DNA from: a virus
Lineage: Duplodnaviria; Caudoviricetes
IMG/VR virus record: IMGVR_UViG_3300020470_002235
Span: 1 to 55,029 of that record
Length of the DNA stretch: 55,029 bases
Direction: 5' to 3' (one strand)
A program made the position numbers and the translations under genes. Position 1 is the stretch's first letter. Every line of letters begins with the position of its first letter. Shown here piece by piece: positions 26,453-34,884 of the stretch. The notes beneath the pieces are model-generated. The model was not told where the DNA came from and ran no database searches. It worked only from the letters and a program-made list of their open reading frames with translations.

Positions 26453-27805
26453 TTATCCCCTTTTTTGATTTGCATAATAGGCTGCAACTGCCATTTTTTT
26501 AATTTCTTCTGCACTTTGGTTTTTAAACTGAGGTGCATTTGACTTTTTAAAATCTTTTATAAAATCACCTATAGTTGCATCTTTACCTAACTTCTCTCGA
26601 AGTCTAGGTTCTGTTCTGTTGTATTTTTGAGACACAATAGATAGGTTTGATTTATCGTTATTCAAAGGATTGTTATCTTTATGATGAACGTCCTTTCCTT
26701 TGATTCCTTTTCTGTTCTTTAACATTCTTCGTGCTTCATTTCTTTTTGCACGTCTTTTAATTTGTTCAGGTTTAGAATGATAATTTTCGTATTCTTTTTT
26801 GTAGTTTCTACCTTCTTTTAAACCTTTCATTAGTTGAGATATTTTTTTCTTATAATCCCTATCATTGACACCCCAACGTTGTGTCCTAACTTTCATCTCT
26901 TTGGATTTCAACAATGTTTCAAAATCTTTTTTAGTGAGAGCTGGAAATGCTCTTTCAAATTCTCGTTGCGTTATATGGCCAAGAAGCATATCTTTTAATG
27001 CACTTTCCCAACCATCTCCTACAGAAGAATCAAAATATGATTTACCTCTTATTTTGGCAACACCTTTTTGGTCACCACGACCATAATCTTCGGATATGTT
27101 ATCTCCCCACTTAAGGAACAACTTTCCTTTTTCTTGTTTCTTATCTGAAACCTTCGCACCAACAAAAGAACCAAGTGTATTTAACATACCAAGACCTTTC
27201 TCTTGGTTTTTCTGAATTTCTTTTCCAACCTGACTTTTAATCTTTTTCATTACAGCGTCAATTATATCACTAATGCCTGCAACTAATTTACCTTCATCAA
27301 CATCTTCTTTAAATCTTATTCTTGCTTTCTTTAGTGCTTTCTTTAAACCGTCAACAACATTATCATAATCAAATCCTCTATTACCATAAGAACTGTCCCA
27401 ATCATCTTCAAAATCTTTCATTACTTGACTGAATTTAACACCATTCTTGTATTTGTATGATTTTACTTGAGCTTCGAAATCTTTTGAAGAATAATTGAAT
27501 GCTTCTTCTACTGACTCATTTGCCTTTCTTTCTGCATCACGTTTCTTTTGTATTGCAGTGTCTATTGATTCTTTCTCTTTTGCACCTGCAAGTCTTTCAT
27601 TTTCTCTTTCATGTTCGTCTTTAAGTGCTTCAATTTCTTGTTCGTGTTTCGCTTTAAGTCGTTCCATTTCCTCAACTTGTCTCGCTTTTGCAAGTGCAGT
27701 CTGAACTGCAACGTTATCTTCTTCTGCAAACAAAGACTTAAAGGTCTCTACTTTATCTTCACGAGAACTTTTTTGTGCGTTAAGTATTTGGTCTAAAATA
27801 TCCAT
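26453..27805 (-). CDS. modular putative internal head protein containing an HNH nuclease module
   Basis: ESVEE, EDVDE, NISE, GLKE and RLRE linkers; KDVHHKDNNPLNN..SNL.....YNR. Confidence 0.7.
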   Translation of the reverse strand: MDILDQILNAQKSSREDKVETFKSLFAEEDNVAVQTALAKARQVEEMERLKAKHEQEIEALKDEHERENERLAGAKEKESIDTAIQKKRDAERKANESVEEAFNYSSKDFEAQVKSYKYKNGVKFSQVMKDFEDDWDSSYGNRGFDYDNVVDGLKKALKKARIRFKEDVDEGKLVAGISDIIDAVMKKIKSQVGKEIQKNQEKGLGMLNTLGSFVGAKVSDKKQEKGKLFLKWGDNISEDYGRGDQKGVAKIRGKSYFDSSVGDGWESALKDMLLGHITQREFERAFPALTKKDFETLLKSKEMKVRTQRWGVNDRDYKKKISQLMKGLKEGRNYKKEYENYHSKPEQIKRRAKRNEARRMLKNRKGIKGKDVHHKDNNPLNNDKSNLSIVSQKYNRTEPRLREKLGKDATIGDFIKDFKKSNAPQFKNQSAEEIKKMAVAAYYANQKRG

Positions 27806-27814
27806 ACAATCTAT

Positions 27815-29113
27815 TTATCTTTTTCTACGGGTTAACTCATGTTGTTTCCATGCGAGAGCAACCTTGTTAGTAGGGAATTTACCCACCCAAGTCATAAGAT
27901 TTCCATATAATTTAGAAGCTTTGTTCTGTAAGGACTTAACAGTATCGTCATTAACGATTTCTATGAAATCTTTACCGAATATTCTTTTAAATGTATTTGC
28001 GTTTTTCTCTACTGCCTCATGTTCTTTTATTAAAATTTCAGGTGGTAGTGTTCTTGCTCTCATTGAATTGAGTCTTTGTGCGAGTTCTAAACTGGTTTTA
28101 ACAAACACCATTTTGTACTCATATCCCAATGCATCTAAATTTTTCTTATATGCTTGTATTTTACCTGCTTTTGCACTTGTAGTGTCAAAGATTAATCCTA
28201 ATCGTTCAGGAACAGCAATATCCATTTGTTTTTGTGCGAGTGCTTTTGCTTTTCCACGAATTTTGTCTCTTTTAGGGTTGACTGCACCACTTCCATTTGC
28301 AGTCATTTTCATAGACATTCCTGCTTCTTTCATGTATCTTTCAAAGTGTGTATCACTATTGATTACTTTAAGTCCTAGTGCCTTAAGTGAGAGTGCATCA
28401 ACCACTGTTGACTTACCACTTCCTGGCCCACCCATTAAGAAAACACATTTGAATATGCCTGGGTCGTAAACACCTTCTTGTAATAAGTCCTCAAACATAT
28501 AATTAGGCATAGTTTCTTCTTTGATACCCATACCACTTCTAACTTCTTTATAAAGTTGTTCTTGGTCTCTCAAGTTATTAGATGCAACACCTTTTTTAAA
28601 TGAATCAAAGTCACCCTCTTCTGCAGCCTTTCTCATTTTACTTGCAGACATTCCTGATACTCCTTCTGCATCAGGGTCTCTTTGACCTGCAGAAATGATT
28701 TCTATTGAATCAAATTTATAGTACCCGTGTCTTCCTTTAGAACCATTATACTTTTTGATAAGTGTTTCAAACTCTCTAACTCGGTCTGAACCTGCAACCA
28801 TACGAAATTCTCTATACCCTTGATTGTATAGTTCTGTAACAATTTCAAAAATTGTTCTTGCAGGTGTTTTTACAAGACCAACCTTTTTACCAAAGAATTT
28901 TCTCATCCATTTTTGTTTTGTATTATAGTCTAATGGATTTGATTTTTTATCATTTGAGTGAGACATAAACACTAGAGGTTTAAAACCACCACCCGATGCC
29001 TTAACTACTTTATCTACCAACGCACCATGTCCAATAGTAGGTGGATTAAATCGACCAAAGGCAATTACTACCTTTTGGGTTGAACTTTCATTAAATTTCT
29101 TAAATGTTTTCAT
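27815..29113 (-). CDS. HIGH-family nucleotidyltransferase (cytidylyltransferase-like) fused to a P-loop kinase
   Basis: FGRFNPPTIGH, AGSDR, MSASKMR; then GGPGSGKS and IFDTT; N-terminus MKTFKKFNE. Confidence 0.85.
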   Translation of the reverse strand: MKTFKKFNESSTQKVVIAFGRFNPPTIGHGALVDKVVKASGGGFKPLVFMSHSNDKKSNPLDYNTKQKWMRKFFGKKVGLVKTPARTIFEIVTELYNQGYREFRMVAGSDRVREFETLIKKYNGSKGRHGYYKFDSIEIISAGQRDPDAEGVSGMSASKMRKAAEEGDFDSFKKGVASNNLRDQEQLYKEVRSGMGIKEETMPNYMFEDLLQEGVYDPGIFKCVFLMGGPGSGKSTVVDALSLKALGLKVINSDTHFERYMKEAGMSMKMTANGSGAVNPKRDKIRGKAKALAQKQMDIAVPERLGLIFDTTSAKAGKIQAYKKNLDALGYEYKMVFVKTSLELAQRLNSMRARTLPPEILIKEHEAVEKNANTFKRIFGKDFIEIVNDDTVKSLQNKASKLYGNLMTWVGKFPTNKVALAWKQHELTRRKR

Positions 29114-29294
29114 CTTGTTTCATTATCCTAAACTTTAATAAAGGTTTACCATTAATTGTAATGTCTCCCTTTTCATTTTTTTCTATACTCTTAACAACCA
29201 TTTTCTTATTCTTAAACTTTCCACCAAGAACCACATCGCCTATACTAATAGGAATGTAAATTGTTTCGTCTAAAAATTCTTTAAATGATTTCAT
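29100..29294 (-). CDS. small beta-barrel-like protein with capsid-targeting-like N-terminus
   Basis: start revised to MKSFKEFLDE (TAATG overlap); IGDVVLGGKFKNK. Confidence 0.7.
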   Translation of the reverse strand: MKSFKEFLDETIYIPISIGDVVLGGKFKNKKMVVKSIEKNEKGDITINGKPLLKFRIMKQDENI

Positions 29295-30499
29295 TACTTG
29301 TCCCATGCCTTAGCGGCGTTAAAATTGTTCTGACTAAACTCCATTCTATCTACTAGTTTAACTGCAGAACCTGTATTGTCTATTGCAACATAACCTTCAG
29401 GATTTACTACTTTAAATCCATTGTCCGTTTTAACAAAAGTTCCGATACTCTTTACTCTATTTAGAGCGGTTATAATTAACTTTTTAGAGTCAATCAAGTG
29501 TCCTTGAAACTTTGCGAGGTTATCTACCATTTTAGAAATTGACCTTAAATCACGCATGATATTATCTCCAATCTCTCTTTTAATTGCTTTTGTTTTTTCT
29601 TGTTTAACCTTTGCGACAATCTTATCTCTCCAATAAGATTCTACATGAGTTAGATAATCTCTCCCATTTGGATTCCATTTACCACTACGGATAAGTGTAT
29701 TAGTGTATGTCTTATATGATGCACCTGCAGCTCCTTTTGAAGTAAGTACATTCTGTACGTCATTAAACTTCTTTAAATCTTTTGCAGTAATTCCGTGAAA
29801 TGCTTTACCTGTATTTGTAAGTGCCTGCGTGAGTGCAAGTGTTTCTTTTGCAGTCATGTTACCATAACCAGTAGTATCTTTATAGGTTGCATCGTCTTGC
29901 CAAACCTTAGACGATGAAGGTGGAAGTTTCGCACCGAATGATGCAGATAGTTTTTCTATTGTTGAACCTTTATAAGTTGTATGCCACACTACACCTAGTG
30001 TTGCAGAATCTATCTCTTTTCCTAGTTTAGAATCTTTTAAAACTGCGTACATAATTGTGTTTGGTTGAAATGTAATGTAACTCTTTCCGTCCATTTTAGT
30101 GTTTTTCTTTTCACCTGAAGTGAACATTAAATCACCCTGTAGGATTTCTTTCATTCCAATCCCCGAAAAGGCATTGAATGCTTCTGTAAATTTTGATTTG
30201 AGTACACCGTTTAGGTCGGGTGAATCGTTGATTTCCTTTACACTAGAATAGTAAAGGGCACCCGTTTTGTTGAATAGTGATTTTTTTGCAACGAAAAACT
30301 TACCTGTTTCGGGGTGAGGGCCACACCAAATTGCAGGTGCTCCGTCCCACTTAACAGTCATATTAACCCTTCCTGATGCGTTACCCTTCATCATATCTCT
30401 TAACTCTCTTAAGAAATTGATAGATGCACGTCCACCCGAAATACCGTAGTTAATTATTTCGTCTTCTAAGTGTTCTAAATGTAAGTTCTTTCCAGCCAT
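29294..30499 (-). CDS. DUF6267-like protein with ATP-dependent ligase-like motifs
   Basis: HLEHLED, TVKWDGAPA (KxDG), LQGDLMF, PEGYVA, VKLVDR. Confidence 0.7.
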   Translation of the reverse strand: MAGKNLHLEHLEDEIINYGISGGRASINFLRELRDMMKGNASGRVNMTVKWDGAPAIWCGPHPETGKFFVAKKSLFNKTGALYYSSVKEINDSPDLNGVLKSKFTEAFNAFSGIGMKEILQGDLMFTSGEKKNTKMDGKSYITFQPNTIMYAVLKDSKLGKEIDSATLGVVWHTTYKGSTIEKLSASFGAKLPPSSSKVWQDDATYKDTTGYGNMTAKETLALTQALTNTGKAFHGITAKDLKKFNDVQNVLTSKGAAGASYKTYTNTLIRSGKWNPNGRDYLTHVESYWRDKIVAKVKQEKTKAIKREIGDNIMRDLRSISKMVDNLAKFQGHLIDSKKLIITALNRVKSIGTFVKTDNGFKVVNPEGYVAIDNTGSAVKLVDRMEFSQNNFNAAKAWDK

Positions 30500-30567
30500 A
30501 TTAAGTCTGTTGCAATTATTATTGTAAGTTTACACTACTATTTATGCATTTGCAAGCACTAATGCAT

Positions 30568-30593
30568 AAAAAAAGGGGTCTGCAGAACCCCTT
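30568..30593 (-). terminator. intrinsic terminator
   Basis: AAGGGGTT-CTGC-AGACCCC followed by 7 T. Confidence 0.8.
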
Positions 30594-30618
30594 AAAACTC
30601 CTATAGGTTTTTGTCGTT

Positions 30619-31032
30619 TTAATCTACTGTTGCAAGCATTTCCACATGGGTTGCTTTCATTATATCTAAATCTGTTTTAATTTGAGCTGCATCAGCATTG
30701 TATTGTGTGTTCTGATTGGTGAAGTAATTCCACTGTTCATATGGGTAAGTGTCGAAATCATTTTGTACCACAGCTGTTACAGTAGGGTTATCCGTTCTCC
30801 ACGCAGGATAAAACTCATTAGCACCTGCACCTGTCCAGTCAATACCGTCTACTGGATTGGAAAAATTTGTCCCATCATAATCATACGTCCTTAACTTATA
30901 CGTCTTATTAACCCCAGTCATCCACTGCCATTCTGTTTCTAGTGTGTTTATTTCTTCAAGATATGAATCGCATTCTGCTTGGGTAAATATAAACCCGTCT
31001 GTAATGTGTGAATTTCCTGATGTTGCTGGCAT
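30619..31032 (-). CDS. hypothetical late protein
   Basis: AGGAG RBS; TATAAATA at about 31054-31061. Confidence 0.75.
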   Translation of the reverse strand: MPATSGNSHITDGFIFTQAECDSYLEEINTLETEWQWMTGVNKTYKLRTYDYDGTNFSNPVDGIDWTGAGANEFYPAWRTDNPTVTAVVQNDFDTYPYEQWNYFTNQNTQYNADAAQIKTDLDIMKATHVEMLATVD

Positions 31033-31056
31033 ATAAATCTCCTGAATTTCTATTAT

Positions 31057-31233
31057 TTATATTTTTTGTAATGGTGTAGACGACAATTTAGTGTCTATTT
31101 TATCAATTTTCTCTGATATTTTTTTGACATCTTCTTCGTTGTTTTCTTTTTTAGCGTCTCTGAGGGCTATTTTTAAGTCAACTTTCTTTTGCAACTCACT
31201 AAGCACCTCATGAGATTTAAGGTTCTTCTTCAT
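31057..31233 (-). CDS. small coiled-coil protein (start revised to MKKNL)
   Basis: ATG is 5 nt after TATAAATA. Confidence 0.6.
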   Translation of the reverse strand: MKKNLKSHEVLSELQKKVDLKIALRDAKKENNEEDVKKISEKIDKIDTKLSSTPLQKI

Positions 31234-31246
31234 ATTACTATTTATA

Positions 31247-32641
31247 TCAGACTTGGAAATCTCCATACTTACTTTCTGATTTTCCTCTATCAAAAACTGG
31301 TGTAGAATCGTCTTCTTCTATCGCAGAATCAATCAATTCTTCTTGTGCTTCTTGTTCACAATCATACAATTTCATTCTTGCACGGTCTACACCTATAACA
31401 AATCTCTTAAATACAGTTGGGTCATTGTATCTATTCTTTAACTGTTTAACGACCATTTGGTCTAATTCTTCTAATTCTTCTGAAGTAATCAATGCAAACA
31501 TGAAATCTGCAGTTGCAGGAAGTCCAAATGACTCTGAAGTATCCGTCAATTCAATATCTGTTGACCCATAACCACTTCTTGTTGTTTGAGTTGCACTCAT
31601 AATTGGTACGTCAAACTCTACTGCAAGTCCTCTTAACTCTTCTGCAATACTTTTAACAAGTGTATAAGAGTTCGCACCAGCACCTGGCCTGATTCTATGA
31701 CTTGCACAAATGTTTAGATAATCAATAAAGATAATATCAGGTGTAAAGTCTTTCTTTATACTTAACTCTTGTAAAAGGTGTCTAAAGTGTCCTGTATGTG
31801 CAGCTGCAGTAGGATATTCTTTAACTATTAATTTACCTTTGGTTTTATTTTTAAGTTTATCAACTTTCTTACCAAACATATTTTTAGTAATATCACTTAA
31901 ATCTTGAATAGGAACATTCATGGTATTCGCATCAATTCTTTCTGCAATCTTTTCCTCTGACATTTCAAGTGTAATGTAAAGAACATTCTTGTTCATCATT
32001 AAATGACTTGAAGCCATATGACACATGAATAATGATTTACCAACACCAGTTCCTGCGAGACAAATATTCAAAGTCTTATTGGGTAATCCACCTTTAGTAA
32101 CTTTATTGAAGTATTCTAAATCAAATGGGATTTTTTCCTCTTCAGTGTGGTAAAATTCCCACCTATCGTCTGCATCTTCTAACTGGTCATGACCAATATG
32201 CGTATCGAAAGACACGGAAAGTGCATCCTTTAAAAGTTCAGGAATATCTCCTCTTGACCGTTGAGACTTCTCATCAAGCACCTCTATAGAGTCCATGACA
32301 GCGATGTAGATAGCCCTATCTTTGCACCATTTTTCTGCCTCGTCTATTAACCAATCTTGTGGGGTTTCGTCTTGATGTGAACCAATTTCCTTTACGATAG
32401 TTTTAGAAGATTTAACAACACCATCTTGTAGACTAGTGTTGTTCTCTAAGTTTATGAGAAGTGCCTCTATCGTAGGAGTTTTGGTATATTTGTCAAAGTA
32501 AGTATTTACTTCTTCAAATACAGTCTTTTCATCGGTCTCAGTGAAGTATTCTGCCTTTAAAAAAGGAAGCACCTTCCGTGCGAACGAATCACTCTGAATC
32601 AGATTCTTGAGTATCGTCTGTTCTATTCTCGCTTGTTCCAT
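31247..32641 (-). CDS. gp41: T4-like replicative helicase
   Basis: [46 protein letters not shown]. Confidence 0.96.
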   Translation of the reverse strand: MEQARIEQTILKNLIQSDSFARKVLPFLKAEYFTETDEKTVFEEVNTYFDKYTKTPTIEALLINLENNTSLQDGVVKSSKTIVKEIGSHQDETPQDWLIDEAEKWCKDRAIYIAVMDSIEVLDEKSQRSRGDIPELLKDALSVSFDTHIGHDQLEDADDRWEFYHTEEEKIPFDLEYFNKVTKGGLPNKTLNICLAGTGVGKSLFMCHMASSHLMMNKNVLYITLEMSEEKIAERIDANTMNVPIQDLSDITKNMFGKKVDKLKNKTKGKLIVKEYPTAAAHTGHFRHLLQELSIKKDFTPDIIFIDYLNICASHRIRPGAGANSYTLVKSIAEELRGLAVEFDVPIMSATQTTRSGYGSTDIELTDTSESFGLPATADFMFALITSEELEELDQMVVKQLKNRYNDPTVFKRFVIGVDRARMKLYDCEQEAQEELIDSAIEEDDSTPVFDRGKSESKYGDFQV

Positions 32642-33647
32642 ACTTAAAATACCTTTGTGCGTGTTGTTCTAGTTGTCCCATTACATCTTCTGTAAAGAAC
32701 TTTTCGGGATTGTTGTTAATGGTTTTACCAAATTCAGTTTTACCATTAGGTAGTTTAACACGAGTTCCTTCTTTTGTAAACACATTAAATGCAAGTGCCA
32801 TGTCCAGTAACCCATAATACCTATCCAACCCTTTATCATAAGATAATCTAACATCAACCACTCTGTTTTCAACTGTCATTCTTGACTTGGCGTTTTTACA
32901 GTGAATGATATTACCAATTATCTCTGTACCCTCTTTTTCTTTCTTCTTAGATAAGAAGATAATAGAGGAAGCAGCGTACTTGAGTCCACTACCACCACCC
33001 ATTTCTTTCTGAGGGAACATAGAACCAATCACATCATAAGTGTGATTTGTAACAATCATTGGAATCCCAACTCTACCCAATTTCAATGTCAAGACTCTAA
33101 ATGCACCTTTGGTGATTTGAGCTCTTGTCATATCTTTAGTCTCTTTACCGTCTGCAGTGTCTTCAATTTCTTTAGTAGTTGATAACATACCAAGTGAATC
33201 TAAGACAAACATCATTTTAGGACGTTTGGATTTAGGGGATTCAGCATACTTATCCAGTATGGATATTGCTTGATTTCTGAATTGTTGAACAGTAACGACT
33301 GGAACAATTACAACCCTTGAGGAATCAATTCCTCTTGATTCAATCATATCCTTCGATAATGCAGATTCAGATTCAAAGTAGAATACTGCAGAATCTTTAT
33401 GGTCTTCCAAGAACTGTTTAACCATTCCTAATGCGAAATAAGTTTTTCCAGTTGCAGATTCCCCTGCGATTGCAGTAATTTTGTTTGAAGGTAGTCCACC
33501 GTATAGTGAACCACTTAGAAGTGCGTTGAATATGTGGGAACCAGTATCAATGAACTCGTCCACATCTCCAGCTGCAACTCCTTCAGAAACGATATTTGCA
33601 TATTCATTTCCTGATGCCTTAATAAGGTCTTTTAGAATAGTTGTCAT
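32589..33647 (-). CDS. uvsX: RecA-like recombinase
   Basis: [26 protein letters not shown]. Confidence 0.95.
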   Translation of the reverse strand: MTTILKDLIKASGNEYANIVSEGVAAGDVDEFIDTGSHIFNALLSGSLYGGLPSNKITAIAGESATGKTYFALGMVKQFLEDHKDSAVFYFESESALSKDMIESRGIDSSRVVIVPVVTVQQFRNQAISILDKYAESPKSKRPKMMFVLDSLGMLSTTKEIEDTADGKETKDMTRAQITKGAFRVLTLKLGRVGIPMIVTNHTYDVIGSMFPQKEMGGGSGLKYAASSIIFLSKKKEKEGTEIIGNIIHCKNAKSRMTVENRVVDVRLSYDKGLDRYYGLLDMALAFNVFTKEGTRVKLPNGKTEFGKTINNNPEKFFTEDVMGQLEQHAQRYFKYGTSENRTDDTQESDSE

Positions 33648-33676
33648 AAAATTACACCTCTCATAATGTATATTCT

Positions 33677-33706
33677 ATTATACACTAATTTAGGTTATCT
33701 TGTAAG
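33677..33706 (-). promoter_or_regulatory. sigma70-like promoter of uvsX
   Basis: AAAACAC-CTTACA-N18-TATAAT. Confidence 0.55.
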
Positions 33707-33870
33707 GTGTTTTTTGGATAATTTTTTAAGGGATTCGTCTTTGTGTAATCTCACGTCTATGTAATCATGCACAAGAGATTTGAGGGAATGGATTTGGATT
33801 TCTATAATAACTAAACCTGCAACTATGAGTCCTATCATAAAAATATAGAAACAATCCATAGGGGTTATAA

Positions 33871-34389
33871 TCATGAGACCTTGTCAATCTGTTCTTGAGT
33901 AACAGTACCCCTTTCTATTAAGATTCTTCTATGTTCCATGTGTTGAGATTCTACTAGGTCTTTATTTTCACCTGTATATGGAACTGCGTGTGCATCTAGA
34001 ATCATTTGTTCATTTACCGAAACTCTATGTTGACCTTCGAATGTTTGGTGACCACCTTTTTCGTCCATCCAATCTTCGTCTAAATCAGGAGATACAAATA
34101 ACTCTCCAAGTATCCTTCCGAATTTTCCTTTATCGTGAGATACAAGTGTTATATCACCTTCTGAAAGTAAGTGTTTCAAGTGTTCTTTGGAAGCTTTTCC
34201 GAATAGTTTTTCTACTTTATCTCTTGTTCTAGATTCTGGCGTATCGATTCCCATTAAGCGAACTCTTTGTTTTTTAAGAGTTGTAGAGAAGCCTAAATCT
34301 ATATCAACGTCAACAGTATCACCATCTACGATTTTAACGATTGAAACGTGAAATTCTGCTTGTTTAAAAACTTTCTTTTTCTTACCCAT
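33871..34389 (-). CDS. thermonuclease (SNase-like)
   Basis: IVDGDTVD, RLMGIDTPE, KFGRILG. Confidence 0.88.
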   Translation of the reverse strand: MGKKKKVFKQAEFHVSIVKIVDGDTVDVDIDLGFSTTLKKQRVRLMGIDTPESRTRDKVEKLFGKASKEHLKHLLSEGDITLVSHDKGKFGRILGELFVSPDLDEDWMDEKGGHQTFEGQHRVSVNEQMILDAHAVPYTGENKDLVESQHMEHRRILIERGTVTQEQIDKVS

Positions 34390-34393
34390 ACGG

Positions 34394-34813
34394 TTATTTA
34401 TACTGGTTGTGTTTTCTATAGGAAGTTTTTTCTTCCCAGTTCTCTACTGCCTTTTTTATTCCTTCTTCTGCGAGGACTGAACAGTGTAATTTGATTGGTG
34501 GAAGTTCTAGTGCCTTTGCAATTTCTTTATCTTTAATCTCTTTTGCTTCTTCAATAGTCTTCCCAATTAACATTTCAACAAACAAAGTTGAACTTGCAAT
34601 CGCACTACCACACCCATAGGTTTTAAATTTAACGTCTTCTATTGTGTCCCCATTCATCTTGAGGTCTAGTTTCATTACATCACCACAAGCAGGCGCACCC
34701 ACCATTCCAGTTGCCACATTTGGGTCTTTAGGGTCGAACCTACCAACTGAGTGTTTTTCGGGATTTTTGAGTACAGATTCAAATCTATCTACTACCTGTT
34801 TACTATATGCCAT
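34394..34813 (-). CDS. iscU: Fe-S cluster scaffold protein
   Basis: GAPACGDVM, FKTYGCGSAIASS, LPPIKLHCS (three Cys plus an HscA-binding LPPVK-like motif). Confidence 0.95.
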   Translation of the reverse strand: MAYSKQVVDRFESVLKNPEKHSVGRFDPKDPNVATGMVGAPACGDVMKLDLKMNGDTIEDVKFKTYGCGSAIASSTLFVEMLIGKTIEEAKEIKDKEIAKALELPPIKLHCSVLAEEGIKKAVENWEEKTSYRKHNQYK

Positions 34814-34876
34814 TTACCATAATGCCCAAATTGTTAATAAAACGACAATTAGTACTAGGGCTTGTTCTACTGCCAT
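34814..34876 (-). CDS. 20-aa single-TM micropeptide (MAVEQALVLIVVLLTIWALW)
   Basis: ATG 5 nt after TAAATA; its TAA abuts the iscU ATG. Confidence 0.55.
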   Translation of the reverse strand: MAVEQALVLIVVLLTIWALW

Positions 34877-34884
34877 ATATCTAT

